The translations under genes were made by a program, and so were the position numbers. Shown one piece after another: positions 1 to 14,944 of a stretch of 64,000 nucleotides of DNA. This stretch comes from Chrysomallon squamiferum (Eukaryota > Animalia > Mollusca): contig CM022672.1 of the NCBI GenBank assembly GCA_012295275.1, forward strand, positions 7,378,001-7,442,000, in the 5' to 3' direction. The notes under the pieces were generated by a model, which made no database searches, was not told where the DNA came from, and worked only from the letters and a program-made list of their open reading frames with translations. Positions within the stretch are counted from its first letter, which is position 1. Each line of letters starts with the position of its first letter.

Positions 1-2423
1 ATATATACATAAACCAATATACACACAAACATATACATACACACACACAGACATATACATACACACAAACACGACAAATGACGTCATGAAACTTTATACT
101 CATTCACAGACAGCACTTCTTTACTAACTATTGGAATTTCAAATTATTAGATACAACCTTATAAAATACTGCATCTGACATCTCCCCTCCTGCATTTCCT
201 TCAACCAGCATATCTCAGTCTTCATTAGACAATTCAGTCGTGCTCAGCATAGAGTAACAACTGTGTTGTGCTGTCAGGCAAGAAATGTCACTCGCAGATG
301 TAGATTTATGAAATTTATATTCACCACAATAATGATACATACTTAGAGAGCAACAGACAGGGTTGACTATACATCATCAGTGTCCTTGCAAACTATTTAA
401 CCTTACAGTATATTTCTTTATCAGTCTACGACGGTTACGTCAAATGATTTACAATGAAAGTGTATCATAATTATCAGAAGTATATCGATATTTTAATTTA
501 TAATGACAGTTTTATAATATTTATCAAACGTATGTCTTAATAGTTATTTAATTGTATCGTATTTATCTATATACTAACAGAAAAGGTTAAAAATATGACA
601 TGGTTTTTTTTGTTCCTTTTGCAACATACAAAATGAGCTGGGTAAGTGTATTAAGAAACTGATCAATTATCAGAATAGCCCATAAATATAATCATCTTTT
701 CCCATCAGTAATCTCTCTTGTGAAAGTACGTGACTAAGTTCGTATAACGGTAAATGTCCATACATAAACTGTTCATTTCCTAGCATAACCGAGTTCTACT
801 TACAATGTTCTCTACACCAACGCAATACTAGTACTTGAACAAGTATAATGAGAACAATAGTTAGGGGACTACATTCTTTTCGTCTGATTATTCTCAAGGA
901 AATGACATTCTTATTTAACACATAGTATTCTTGTTTATTTATTTATTTTATTTTATTTTATTTGTCTGTTTGTTTGTCTGTCTGTCTATCTGTTTATTTC
1001 ATTGGTTGGTTGACTGTTTGTTTTGTATTTTTGTAAGCAATTTCTATATAAACATTTAGTTTCTATGCTAGAATAATAGATTAAATATAAGGCGTACGTT
1101 TAGAAATTTTCAGCACTGAATCAAGATTTGCTTTTGTAATTTCGTGCACTATTAACACATAATGAAAATATTTTAAACAAAGGCTTAATTGAAGAGGGAA
1201 ATAATTTTAAATAATGGGAAAGATAGCAGAAACAAACATTTTACTTCGAAGTTTAGAAAAATAATTTCTATTTATTATTGTTTATAATTCGCCCACTCAG
1301 TAATTCTTGTTGAAACTTGTGCTCGACAAAAAAGTGGATCAAAATTCGTATGGTTTGGTTTTCTTAATTACGACCATTTTTGTGGTGTCGAGTGAATGTA
1401 AACGAAAGGTTTTCACCTCACACATCTTTATTAAAACACCACAATAGTAATAATCGTTAATATTAAAGTATTCATTAATGCAGCGATCTTTTCGCCGTAG
1501 AGTGGTTGTTAATGTGGTTTGCTGTATAATTTATTGTGTCGTTTATTCAAAACAAACGTGTAAATCAGATTAAGGTGCTCGCAGTCAAAAGACCACAAAA
1601 GGCCAACAGTGAATGAATTATTTCACTCAAAGTCGAATCAATTAAGGGAAATTTACTTATGGAATAAAATATTTATTGGGTCAGGAGTGTAGGGTGGTAT
1701 TACTTAAGCCATGTGTAAAATATGGGAAAGAGTCTATTTTTCTTTAATCCCTAACATCGATAGAAAGTTCAGAATTTGTATTTAGAAACGGAAGACGGAG
1801 GAGAAATGCGCCCAGCGCCGGAACTAAAAGTCGTCTGCCACACGTTGAAACGTACAATGGAGACTTCGATTATCTGCGAGGGTTCGATAAGTGTTGTAGT
1901 ACAGCCACGACACACAGTCTGAAATAAGTGAAGGGATTGGCAGAATTACTCGGTGTAAAAAAAAAGTATCTGCTTTTTTCAAATTTAGTCAGAAGACAAG
2001 ATGTTTTGGGTTTTTTCCGTAGTAGCAGCAGTAACAATAACAGAAGGCAGTAGTAGTCGTAATAATAGAAATAATAGTATCAGTAGTAGTAGTGGTGGTG
2101 GTTGTGGTAATAGTAGTAGTAGTAGTAGTAATGATAATAGTAGTAGTATAGTAGTGATAGTAGCAGTAGTAGTAATAGTAGTTGTATTATTAGTAGTAGT
2201 AGTGGTAGTAGTAGTAATGATGGTAATAGTGGCTCTAGTGTAGCAGTTATAGTAGCTGTATAAATTAAATAACGAAATGTGAATGATTTATTGTTCAAGT
2301 AAAGAAAAACCAAACAACATAAAGGGGGAAAAGAAAGAGAAATAACAAGAAAGAAAGGAAATAAAAGAAAGGTAAAAAGTCAATATATCTGTTATCATAG
2401 TAATTATAAAGGAATGAAATCTG

Positions 2424-2471
<48 letters not shown>

Positions 2472-3493
2472 TTATAATAAAAGTTATTGTTTCTCATACT
2501 TTTGTTTTTATAATTTCGTGAAAAGAATTCATTTTCTGTTTTCTTATGAAAAATTCATTTCAACTACTCGATAAGAAAAAGAAAAAGAAGAAAAAAGGAT
2601 TAATTCTTAATATGCTGTATTCATTCTGATATGAAACAACTAAGCTGTAAGGGAGCTTTCCCGTTCAAACTATCATCACGAAGCGATTTTTTTGTCTTTT
2701 TTTTTTTTTTTTTTTTTTTGTTGCCGATAACGCTTACTGCGTGTAATTCTTGCACGTAATCCATGCACCCTCTGAATTAATCACTTCGTGAAATGTGACG
2801 CCGTTGGCCAGTAATGAGGCGAAGACCCAGTCTAACCTTTCCAGAAATGGGTCGCACAGAATGAACGCAAATGAAAGCGCAACAGCTATAGAAAGACCAA
2901 TCAAGATGATGGCATACAAAACGCGGACCAGAGGCAGCAATTTTGAATCATTTTTCAATTTAGTTACGCTTACAAACTTGGAAGAAAACTGAAATGGCTC
3001 ATGATGGATTTGTTCGAAAAACAAATCAAAACAAGAGCCTAGAGCATATTTCGCCAATATTGGTGCGGCAGAAAAAAGGCAGAAATTACAAAACAGAACG
3101 AACAAGTGGTTAGTGTTTGTAAAAGATGGCGGAAAGAGCCGCGGGCAATGACAGCAAGTTAAGTCCTGTTAATTTCTTCCTTAAATTAAATATTTCATTT
3201 AAATGATTACAAATTATGATGGCTGAGGTTTAAGAATGAAAAAAATCAGGGTAATGAGCATGACGAAGCTAAAGCTAGGATAAAGATTTAAATAATAATG
3301 AAAAAAAATACTAAATAGCGTATCAGAATAGAAAAAAAAAAAAAAAGTTAATACATTTTCTTTTTATTTAACGAAAATTGAGCTATACTTCCAGTTAACA
3401 AAAAAAAAAAAAAAAAAAAAAAATGTAAATAAATAAAGATTATGTCTGAGCTTTGTATGAAAATAATAGCAAGATTTTATTATTATTATTATT

Positions 3494-3530
<37 letters not shown>

Positions 3531-4738
3531 CTGGTTTTATATAAAACTGTATGTAGATCCCTCACAGCTATTTCATAGGAGCAGCCGTTTGAGTTATTGT
3601 TACGGATTTCAGTTATAAACAAAGTACATAACTTATATTTGACAATATCATCTAACTAATGATAGTTGCAGTAATATTAACAGCAGCGATAGAAGTGATA
3701 ATACTAGTAGTTGCAGTTCGAGAAGCAGTATCAATATTAGAAGCAGCAGTAGTACTAAAATATGTTATTGTAGTTGTAGTAGTAGTAGAAATAATAAGGC
3801 AGCAGCAGTAGCAAATGTTTTCCTTATTAACTGTTTATCTAAAAATATTTTGAGATGTCGTTAAACAAATATTCTTATTCATTCTTATCCCCTTATTTGT
3901 TTCAACTGGTACTCTCTTTCACTTTCATTTCTTTTTATGATTTAACGTCATTCTTGAATCTTCCAATCATCAATTACGTCAATTAAAGGGAGACAAATGT
4001 TGTAACACGACCGCGATTCGCGAAACAGTATCATTACTTCTGACAACCGTTCTTACATCGGTAAGCTGTTTAATTTATTTTGACGCAAAGAGCATGCTCC
4101 GTTCATAAACCACACAAGCAATGAATAGCCTATAATTCCTTCTCGTTTAGCTGCAATTATAGACAAAGACAAACGAATGTCTGCCTGGAACACATTGGCT
4201 GTTTTAGGTATCTCCTTTTATTACGTATAAAATTGGTTTCTAAGAATGTTCTGCAGCAGACCCTTCAATCGCCTGATTGGGTAACTAGCTCTTTGATCGA
4301 CCAGACGAAACGATAATATGATAGATAACTGAAGAGAGTAATAAGGATTCTTGACTTGTAGAGAAATCAAAGTTTTTATTGTGTGTGACATAACCTCACC
4401 AGTCGGAAATTAATGTCAGACGTCAGGGAATCTACAAGTGAGAGATGAATTTCTTCTGTCAGACCACTTCCTGTTTCGACGACCTTTCACAGCAACAGTG
4501 TCCAAACTGATACGTTAAACAGCGAGAAACGTCATTAGTTACAGTGTTAGAACTTCTAGGTATAAACAGAAATACATCAGTCGGCAAAGTAGGGTGTGGG
4601 CGAGTTAGTGATATGCATTCGATTCTCGTTAGCGGCATCTGGTGTCAGGGATTTTCGCGAACATTATTTATGTGCAGAGTCTAATTAGACGAAAAAATTC
4701 CAACGTATTCAGTTTTTATACATGCATATACAATTGAG

Positions 4739-4804
<66 letters not shown>

Positions 4805-6902
4805 GGTCAAAGCAAGACTAAATACTACAATTGTTCTATTCTGACAAAAATCATTTTCTGTTCGTATACAGTTCCGAAACATAAAAGTGACTGGCAGAAC
4901 GACAAGCTAAGTGGATTAAATGTACATTAAATACCTTTTATCTACAACAGTTTATAATTTAAATTAGCAGACACAGCTGTGTGAAATATTGCATCTGTCC
5001 TCCTACATCTGCAAAACCACACACATGTCCTTGTTTTCGTTAACCTGTAATACGAGTATTGTAATGGTCTCAGACAGGGAAAGCAGACTGATGCATTAGT
5101 ACGGATACATGAGTGAGGAATGTCGTACACACGGACAGCCATATTTGTTAGCTGTACATTAGTGTTTTAAACTGTTTTGTTTATACTGTTTCGTATAGGT
5201 AAAAATTTGTATGAAAAAATCGTGTGTGTATATACACATGTGTGTGTATTAGTATGTATTTATGATTGTATGTAACATTATATATGTTTGAATATATGTA
5301 ACATTATACATGTTTGAAAATAGTGACATAAACAGTCTGATTGTTTTCAGATGAGAATCTAAATGGGTTGGATGAAGGATCAAGTAATAAAGAAGTGGAT
5401 GTTATTATTGTGTATATAAATTTTTGAAATAAATAAGTTATAAAGAAACAGACTTAGTCTGCAAAAGATTAAGAAAAATTAGCTGGAGCTGTTACTATAC
5501 GGATCACGTGTAAGACAATGTAGTCACGAAAAGTTAAAGAAATGAATAATTCGGTGGAAAAAATAGTTCACTTCTAGGAAAGGTTTTCCCTCCCTTGTTT
5601 TCTTTTTCATTTTCTTTTTATTTTTTTTTCTTCTATTATTTGTTTAAAAGCCTGTGTCTGCAAGTAGATTTCTTTAAGAATATCTCGTGAGGTCAGCCAG
5701 AGGTTAATACAAGTTTGTCTCAAATTAATTAGTTAAAACACTGAGACTCGATAGTTCTCACACGGAATAACAATGAATTCTTTAACAGTGCATCGACCAT
5801 GTTGCGTTACTCTGTCACTATAGTTACATCACTTTGTTCCTATAGATGCATCTGACATAACGTCTGATAGCTGAAAATGAGTGACAAAGGTTAAAACATG
5901 AAACCATTCTCCCCACAAAGAATTCCCGCGAGACGTCTAAATAGCGACATCATCGATGATGTAACAATTTCTAAGAGAATATGCGTGTTTTTTGTTTCCG
6001 GCCTCGCACGCGCCTCTCTCGACTGCCCCACGAATAATAGCAAGATCTCTCTCTCTCTCTCTGCAGAGGGTTAGGTGGACCAGACAGGAACCTAGAAATC
6101 CAATAACTGAGAATGATTTCTTGCCACAAGCCAAATAAACTCATCATTTCCTGACTAAATTCACGTTCGGAGGAAGCGGGGTTGAAATTGATAATGACGA
6201 CGTTTTGATCGCGGCTTGTTGTAACATCCTTTAGGCCACATGGTTAATTATTGGCCATAGCTTACAAAAACCTTTCTTCTTTTAGCAGAATGTTGACCTC
6301 TGTGACCTCTCATACTTTATCCTGTTGTTATTACGTCCCACGGTCTCGCACACAGTCTGATGAGCTTGTATTTTTTGTGTCACCAAAGCCACATTTCGAT
6401 CATTCGACGTCGTTAAAGCTGGAACAACCAGACGTGAGAAATACGCCATTACACTCGTTCACACCCTCCACAAAGACGTTTTGTTACATGTTGTTTCATC
6501 TTGTTGTTCCTTGCGTGAAATATATAGACGATAAGGAGGACTAAAACAAAACCAAAACAAATAATTATGTTTTGAAGATTTGGGATATTGAAAGTGAAAG
6601 GATTAAAGATCGTTCCTATGTAGGAATTTCTTTATTTAAGGTTGTCAGTGGAGTTTTATAATTTAGCTGAAAGATGTATTTAGCTTATTAAAATAATATA
6701 TCGGTTCAATTCACTGAGTTTCAAAGAAGATGTTATTTTTGAATCGCTGACTGCGCGACTCCGTGTCGTCTAGGTCTTCTTGACTTTGTCAATTGTGTCT
6801 AACAATAATTTGTATCGCCTATCAAGTGTTGTGTTAAAACTATCAAATCTGTAGCCAACAAGTCCAACACATCTTCATCTTTTATATATTATTATTATTA
6901 TT

Positions 6903-6967
<65 letters not shown>

Positions 6968-7055
6968 TATTATTATTACTGTTATTGTTGTTGATGTTGA
7001 GTGATAGAGAAAATGAGATTATAACGAAATATGGATTCTTTATGTTACTTTTGTG

Positions 7056-7096
<41 letters not shown>

Positions 7097-7699
7097 CTGT
7101 GTGTGTGTTTTCGTTTGTTCCTGTGTGTATTTGTCTGTTTACAAACCCTAGCTATGTTTCATTGTTAATTAAAATCGTACTTGCAAATTCTAAAATAAAA
7201 GGGAATTTTTTCTAACTCTGTACACGGAGAATAGAAAATACAGTATCAACATAAAACACAATACATAAAACAAAATCTTTTTTATCTCCAACACTGATCC
7301 ACCGTCGACATCAAAGAGGTTGTTGCACGTTACTTTATGTAGAAATTATGTCTGTCGTCCTGTGATGGTATTTTTTATTAGACTTAGATACCACAGCTAT
7401 CCATTAGTGAATCACAAACAAGGAAATACTTACATGGACAAATATTTAAACTTTAAAAAAAAACGTGAAACATTTTAAAAAAAAACTCTTATCTATTTGT
7501 GTTGCTTAAATACGTTATCCTTTAAAAGATTGGTTTCTCATGTTAGACAGTTGAGAGATTCAAGGATTACGAGAAGCAAGCAGGTTTGAAACTTTGTGTC
7601 ACGCAAATGTTCGAAAACACACGACTAGAATCTAACATTCGACTTTATAAATGAAGCAGATTTCGAAAATGATAAAAAAGATACTTTGCAATATTCCCT

Positions 7700-7868
7700 T
7701 GGAAATCAATTTAGATCCAGTATCCTGCAGAATCGTATTACTTGTCTACTTTCGAATAAACTTAGATGTCAACTTCAGAATTAATTTAGTGGTTTACTGT
7801 AGAAAGGATTTAATCTTCTGTTTTGGAATCAACCGAAAGGTATACCCTGGAATTAATCTAGTTGTCTC
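7700..7868. repeat. Cryptic degenerate 24-bp repeat, ~7 units
   Basis: GAAT(C/T)AA(T/C)TTAG-like motif about every 24 nt, visible as INLDVNFR/INLVVYCR/INRKVYPG/INLV in ORF 7651..7896. Confidence 0.6.
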
Positions 7869-8171
7869 AGTTACAGAGGCTTGGTCATTTCTGTAATGAT
7901 ATAAGTTATATTAAATTATTTATCTCGTAATACGACTGCTGATGGTACTTTAAATATTAATGTTAATTCTTCTACAGCTACGTTTTACTTCTGCCGTTAT
8001 TTCTGAAAATAACTACAATTTTATATTATATTTTTGTTACGACTACAATACCGTTACTACTACAAACCACTACGACTATTATAACAACTAGTACTATTAC
8101 TAATATGTTACCACCACTACTACTATCACTATTACCACCATCACTACAATTACAACTACTACTACTACGAC

Positions 8172-8213
<42 letters not shown>

Positions 8214-9317
8214 CATTAGTATTAGTATTATTATAAAGATGAATTAAATAAAAATGATTATGATGACAATATAGTTGTTGTTGTTGTTGTTTTTTAATTT
8301 ATTCATTAAATAATTCCGTCTTTCATTCAATCATCCATCTTTTTACATGCATGTTGGAAGCTGCATCTATCTCTCCTACCTGTTTACATCGCCGTAACAA
8401 TAGACTGGCAATTACTCATGAAACGTCTATTAACATGTGAAAAAGAAACCGTTATTTCTGCACACAAATTAGCATATCTCATTGAACGATGAAAACACAT
8501 CACCACACAGGACAAAAACACTGTTACTCGAAAATACAAATGAAGAATACGAAAACTCGTTTAATATTACTAATCGTGTTTTCATCGGCCACAGAGTCGG
8601 GATAAATGATACAAACTACAATTAACCATCTCGAAACAGATTTTTTTTTTTTCTTTCTTTCCAGACACAAAAAGAACATGCAACAATAAATGAATTGACT
8701 CTTTGATGTTGAAATGGAAAGCGGTGTAATCAACACGGCATGGATTAATCGTCACAGAAAATAGTTTTATCACGAGACACTGTCGTTTGTTGAGGAATCA
8801 GTTTCTGGTTCACTGAATCATTCTCACCACGCCTTTACAGTGTTTTCTTTTTAATTAGTAATGACTGTATGCATATAAATCTATTTTCAACAGTCGCAGC
8901 TTGTAATAGGTTATATCGTAATTTACGTACGCTAGAGTGTGTTAGACAGAAAGAGACCAGTCAGACAGACAGACAGACAGACAAGTGTTCAGATAAAACA
9001 TGTATATATAGACAAAGAGACAGACTAAAAGAATCAGAAAGTTTGTCTTCAGTTCATTGTAAACTGACTGAAAACAGAACCATAGGCGAATTTAGAATTA
9101 ATTTTCAGAAAACCATTTTAATTATTCGTTAAAATCTAGCTAAAGATCGATTTCAGTGAAATGATCAGTATGTTTTTTTCCTTGGGAAGAATGAAAAATT
9201 AGTCTGCGAAACAAAAACAAAAACAGATCAAAAGAAATAATGAGTTTTCTTAAGTTTAACATTTAAGCTTTTTTGTAAATAAAAACGAGTTTTAATCTCT
9301 GTTTTTGAATTAGAAAG

Positions 9318-9428
9318 ACGGACGGAAAAAAAAATTAGACAGAGAAAACGTATTGATTAATCGAAAAATTACCAAAGGACTGAAAAAAAAAAGAGATTAG
9401 ACATAGAAAATGTATTGATTAATCGAAA
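9318..9428. repeat. ~62-bp tandem duplication
   Basis: ATTAGACA(G/T)AGAAAA(C/T)GTATTGATTAATCGAAA at 9334 and 9396. Confidence 0.8.
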
Positions 9429-11019
9429 GAATCTGTGATGGAAATAATAAAAAGACGATAGAAGATGAAGAGAAAAACAGATGGATGGATATTCGAATGA
9501 AAGAACGAAAAAACTAATCACTGAATGAATTAAAGAAAAACAACAAACTAAAGTGTTATTAAATTAAAGCCTTTTTACCATTATTGTTTTTATATTGATG
9601 TACAGTATGTCCACTTTTAATCCTCGTGCGTGTGAATGATAATTATATCATAAATGACACTGTACATTTCACTCGGGTAGAAACATGAACTGGTACAATT
9701 AACATCACACGGCTCAAAGATCAAAGCTTAAAGAAATCCTTGTCACCCGATAATCACAAAGTCAAGTTTAGCAAAAGTATTAACGTTCATTAATGAAAAT
9801 AGTTTTACATTCATTAAATATGAATTATTTTCATAGCTTTTCTTTACGCTTATTAATTTTACAGTTATTCAAAGCAGAATTATGCAGTACTTTTTCTTAA
9901 ATGTCTGTATATCTACTTATCTGTCTGTTACTCAGTCCCTGGGTCTGTTTATCTGAGTGTCTGTCTGTCTGTCTGTCCCTCCACCCATCCGCCTGTTTGT
10001 CATTTGTTTTTATCTCTTTCTCTCTATTTTTTTATTTTAATTTTTTTTTCTTTCTGTATGTTTATCTATTTATCTGTCTCTCTATTTCTGACGTTGTCTC
10101 TCTACCCATCTGTTTGTCTCTCTACCCGTCTGTTTGTCTCCGTCGACCTACTTTTCTATATATAATTATCTAATGTCTGTATCTGCTTAACAACTACCTA
10201 AATATTTATCGTTCTACTTTTTTTTTCTTTTCTAATTTATTATACAAGAATTTTGTTATTAATAAATCAAGTTTTGTTAATTTATTTGTCTGTTTGCCTA
10301 CCGAATCTGTCTATTTAATATATGTCAGATTAATTAATCTAATTAGTTAGTTAATGTTTTACGTTTTTGTTCATACTGTTCCAGAAATCTAATATTATCA
10401 ACATACAGTTTGTTACATGTTTTTTCCCCGATAAATTTATTTATTTACATGACTTTTGCATATTCGTCTTCTTCACTGTTATTTATTTATATACTTAAAA
10501 AAAAAAAAAAAAAAAAAAAAAATGTTGAAGCATCATCACCGGACCTGAGCACAAATAAACATATAACAAACATGCGCAGACGCTAAACATCCATTTCCTG
10601 TCAGATTGTATCTTACGACACTTATGTGGTTTGTTTCGTCTTCAATTATTTTAAGAACATGTTGTGCGGTCGTAGGAGCTAGTTTACAATTCATGTGATA
10701 AAAGATATTAAAGATTTCAAATCTCCTTTGGGAGGAATTAACCCAGCGAGTTTCTTTTACGATCTCGCCTGGTTACCAAATTTTTCCTGCGTAATGTAAG
10801 TAGCGTTGTTATCAATAATTTAGCGCCATTTTTGTTTAGTTTTAATGTTATGACATTCTTCGCTTCGCGTTTCTCTTTGATGTAACGTCATCTGTGTGAT
10901 GTACTAACACCAATAAAACCGGACATAATGTGAAACTGTAATACTGCGTGGAATCTAAAATGAGATTTTTTTTCCCCTTCTTGCTGTCTGCTTTATTTTA
11001 AATTTATTTATTTATTTAA

Positions 11020-11418
11020 TTAGTTTATTAACAAAGCACTAAACACGTATTAATTTCATCACACATGTGAATAAAAACCGTGACAATAATGAGAGAGGAA
11101 ACCCGCTTTTGAATTTTTTTTTTTTTTTGGGGTTTTTTTTTTTTTTTTTTTTTTTTTTTGTTTTTGTTATTTGTTTGCTGTTAATTTTTATTTTATTTTA
11201 AATTTTTATTATTATTATTTTTTGTGTGTTTGTTTGTTAACAGTATAGGATTTTCTGTATACGCCCTCCCACAGATAGCAGACCTATGCACGGCCTTTGA
11301 CAAACCAGCCGACGGATACTTTCTATGACGAGAAGTGGTTCAGTGGACACTTTAAGGAAAATCTTAGGACACATCAAGCCACAAACCTGCGCTCTAACCA
11401 ATGGGCCACAACCTGCTG
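11020..11418 (-). mobile_element. Decayed tRNA-derived SINE (Meta/MESC-core-like molluscan family), near full length, interrupted by a T-rich tract
   Basis: Plus strand reads the reverse complement of the family: GAGAGAGGAAACCCGCT ... CCCACAGATAGCAGACCTATGCACGGCCTTTGACAAACCAG ... GCGCTCTAACCAATGGGCCAC (reverse complement of a tRNA A-box-like head, GTGGCCCATTGGTTAGAGCGC). Shares ordered blocks with 60235-60480. Family name is from memory of the consensus. Confidence 0.7.
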
Positions 11419-14400
11419 TTTTGACACTCGAAGAAAAAATTAATGAAAATAAAAATGTATATTTTTTGTAATTAATTGGTTACACGACTTCAGCATTAAG
11501 CAGCTGTCAGGTTGTATTCTGTTACGTGGATGAAAGCAAATTCCAGCATGTTCGGCGTTTTTATCTGTTCCTTGACGTCTTTCTTTTTTCCTTAGAAATA
11601 AAATTTAAAAAAAAAAAAAAAAAATACTAATAAAACTTCAAAATAAATTTCGAGTATTTATTAAATCCAAACGAAAAGGCGATACACTATAAAAAGCCCC
11701 AGTAGTTTTCTGTATGAATTTATTAAAACATTTTTGCAATATTTAGAAAACCGGCAATTTCCGTTTTTCCGATTTCAAAGTATAAACTGAACAACAAAAA
11801 ATTATAATAATAATTTTAAATAAAAGATAAAAAGACAAATAAATAAAAGTAACAGCATGTAAGAATAATAATTATAAAATCATCAACAAAAAATGATACA
11901 TTGAACTAGTATTAATAACGAGAAGACGAATAGCAACACTAACTACTAGAACAAGAACTATAACAAATAACAATGATGAAGGTGAAGAAGAAAATAATAA
12001 ACACAATATAATTAACGAGCATCTTAGTCTTAATTACTAGTATAAACTATATCATTTTCAAAACCAAAATCACAGTATAACGTCATCACACTGAACGAAA
12101 GCGTCACCAAATAAACCAGAAAATAAAAAATAAAAATTATATTTCCAATTTATCATTTAACAGAACACGGGTCAAAGGTCTATAGAATATTGATATGTTA
12201 CTGTCTGCAAGTTCCTGACAGTGAAAAATAACAAAGAGTTCAAAAACTCGTTCGGTCATTTAGTTTATCCTTTCGCCTACTCAAACAACCAGGTCGTTAC
12301 GTAATACACAGCTTCTGAAGAAAGGAAACGAGGCGAAACTCCTAACACGTCTGTAATTAACGATTATATATTCACGTTAATGTACATATTAATAACCGAG
12401 CAGTACGGCAATTAATATTTAATATTACATTTATTACGTAATTTTGTTTATGTGAATTAATGCTTTACAAAAGATCGATTCGTTGCTTTGTTAATTTTTT
12501 GGGTTTATGTGAAAGGTTTATTTACTTATTAATTAATAAACACAACAACAGCAATAGTAATAAATAAAATAAAATAAATTAAATTAAAATAAAATTAACC
12601 ACTCTGCTGTCTATAGGAATTTCAGCCACATTGAATTTGAACAATAGGCTTAAATAAATTAATAATTAAACAAATAAATAAATATCAGTTTACAAAATAG
12701 AATATTTTTGATAATCGTGGTATCAATGATTGAATTAATTTTAATATATTAAAAAGTACGTGTTAGTTTGTCGAAAAAATAAAATAAAAGGGAAAGTATT
12801 CCATTTCCAATACAAAGATAAAGAGTTTGGACTGAAGATAAATCCTGGTTATTTTCTTTGAGAATCAGTTTACAAAATACACAAACATATCAGTATCTTC
12901 TGGAATCAGCCGATGCATAATTCAACACCATTTACACATTAACATTGTGAAAAGTGGAGTTTTTGATTGCGACGTTAATAAAGCACAGAGGGATTATTCT
13001 ATTTCATAATGTGTCTAACAATAGCACAATGCAATTCTGATCAAATCTCGTTAACAGCTTTTAACAGGTTTTTCCTCTGGCGTCCCGAGATCGCCCGAAC
13101 GGCGCAGAGATAGTTCATAACAGTCTTCACAAACCAATATCATTAACTTTGTTTGCTTAGAAGAACAGATGGAAGAGACACAGACAGACAAACGGAGAGA
13201 GACACAGAGAGAGATATATATAACAAAACTGAATTATATTTCTGTCATGTACAGTTTTACAATTTGTGTATTACGTAATAGACTAGATCAGTCATGTTTG
13301 TTTATCGTATTAGTGGACTGATTATCCATTCAGTTTACTGAAACCGCTTATACAAAAAGACAAGCTAATTTACATAACCGAGTATTAATTAAATCAGTAA
13401 TCATTTTCATTGTTTCAAGGCGGCATCCAGAGATTGGATTCGCTTAAATAGTTTTAATTCACTTTTAGTTCTTAGCTCAGTTCTTCCTCTTTAATATCTA
13501 CACACGTAACACATACTTAGAATTCAGAGCCTTTTCTCTCTATAGATATTCAAATAAAATTAATAATATTAATACACATTTTCTTCTCATATTAGGCCTG
13601 TCTGTTGTTAATTTATTTCCGTCAATTGTAATGACGTCATAACAACGTTGGAAACATGACGTAGAAATTTATTGTTTAGCGCTACGGAAAGATGTTTGGT
13701 CCCGTGAGTAATTTTCATCTTCTTTGCAAATAATTATTTTTTTAATAACTTAACAAAATATACTGTTAGAAATTTCTTATTGCAAAAATGTTCTTATAAA
13801 AAGATAAAACAGAATTAAAAGAAAGTCGTAAAACTATTTAACAATTTGTTATTGGTTCTTCCCGTCACCTAATTTTGTAATTGTAATGAATAAAAATAAT
13901 ATGTACTAAACATTCGTTCACAAAGCAACAAAAGGTTATTGTGTTATTATTAATATTCTTTGTGAAAAGAGACAATGAGAGTTTTTGTGTGTGTGTGTGT
14001 GTGTGTGGTTTTGTGTTTGTTTCTCAAGTTTGTTTGGCTTAGTCGGTCATAAGTTTTATGTAATGACACCCACATTTTGTTATTTATCAAACGATCGAAT
14101 ATTTCCGAGTCGGTGATTTTATTACAGCACTCTTGGGTTTCTTGTTGTAGCGTGTGTGTGTGTACGACTAGATGATGCTTTTTATGGTACCAGAGAAATC
14201 GAAAATGACCGATCTAAAAAGAATGTAAAGCCATATTTATTGTTAAATGAGTATATTAGCCGTAATCGTTGCCAGCCATAAGGTTGGCAAAGATTAGCCA
14301 AAAAACACGATATAGACCTAGCGGAGAACCAGTGACATACATACAAATGTTCGACTGAGTTGTTCTCCGCCAGAGGATACTCAGACTACCACTGATCTTG

Positions 14401-14906
14401 AGATTAAAATGACTACGGATTTTTAACTTGTTAACAAATTAAATTATTAACTCTAGTTTTATATATAGGAGATTACTTCGATTTTGTGTAATAACTGAAA
14501 ATGACGTGTTATCACCACAAATTAGCTGATTAAACATAATCAAAATAAATGATGATTATTATAACAATTTTATTATCGCTAATTTTGTTATGCCAGTATT
14601 TCTGTTTCTTTCATCTACGTTTTAAATGGTGTCATCATTGACATAATGAAAACTGGGTACTTTCCTGTGTTGTATACTCAATGAAAATAGAAACTTGAGA
14701 ACCTTTTAACCAGTGTTATTTGTAGGTGATGCGAAAACGTATACACTGAATAATTAGAACACAACAGTAGGTCCATTTCTGAACATGAGAAAACAAATGG
14801 TTAACTGGTTTCCAAGTGAGCAATAACCTAGATTCATTGTCAAGGTTCTTGGCTAAACTGTGCATTACACAATCATCGATACATGTTGAAAAAACAACAA
14901 CACACA

Positions 14907-14944
<38 letters not shown>

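Noticed and set aside
2734-3105. 123-aa minus-strand ORF with a hydrophobic stretch, and 65-aa plus-strand ORF
   Set aside because: Non-ATG starts, no recognisable domain, no convincing splice signals; treated as a non-coding island or old TE remnant.
11385-11412. tRNA-like A-box sequence
   Set aside because: It is the SINE head; no intact B-box or cloverleaf, so not a tRNA gene.
14030-14400. Possible second SINE family remnant and small hairpin TTGCCAGCC-ATAA-GGTTGGCAA
   Set aside because: Too degenerate to align from memory and no second copy in the window.
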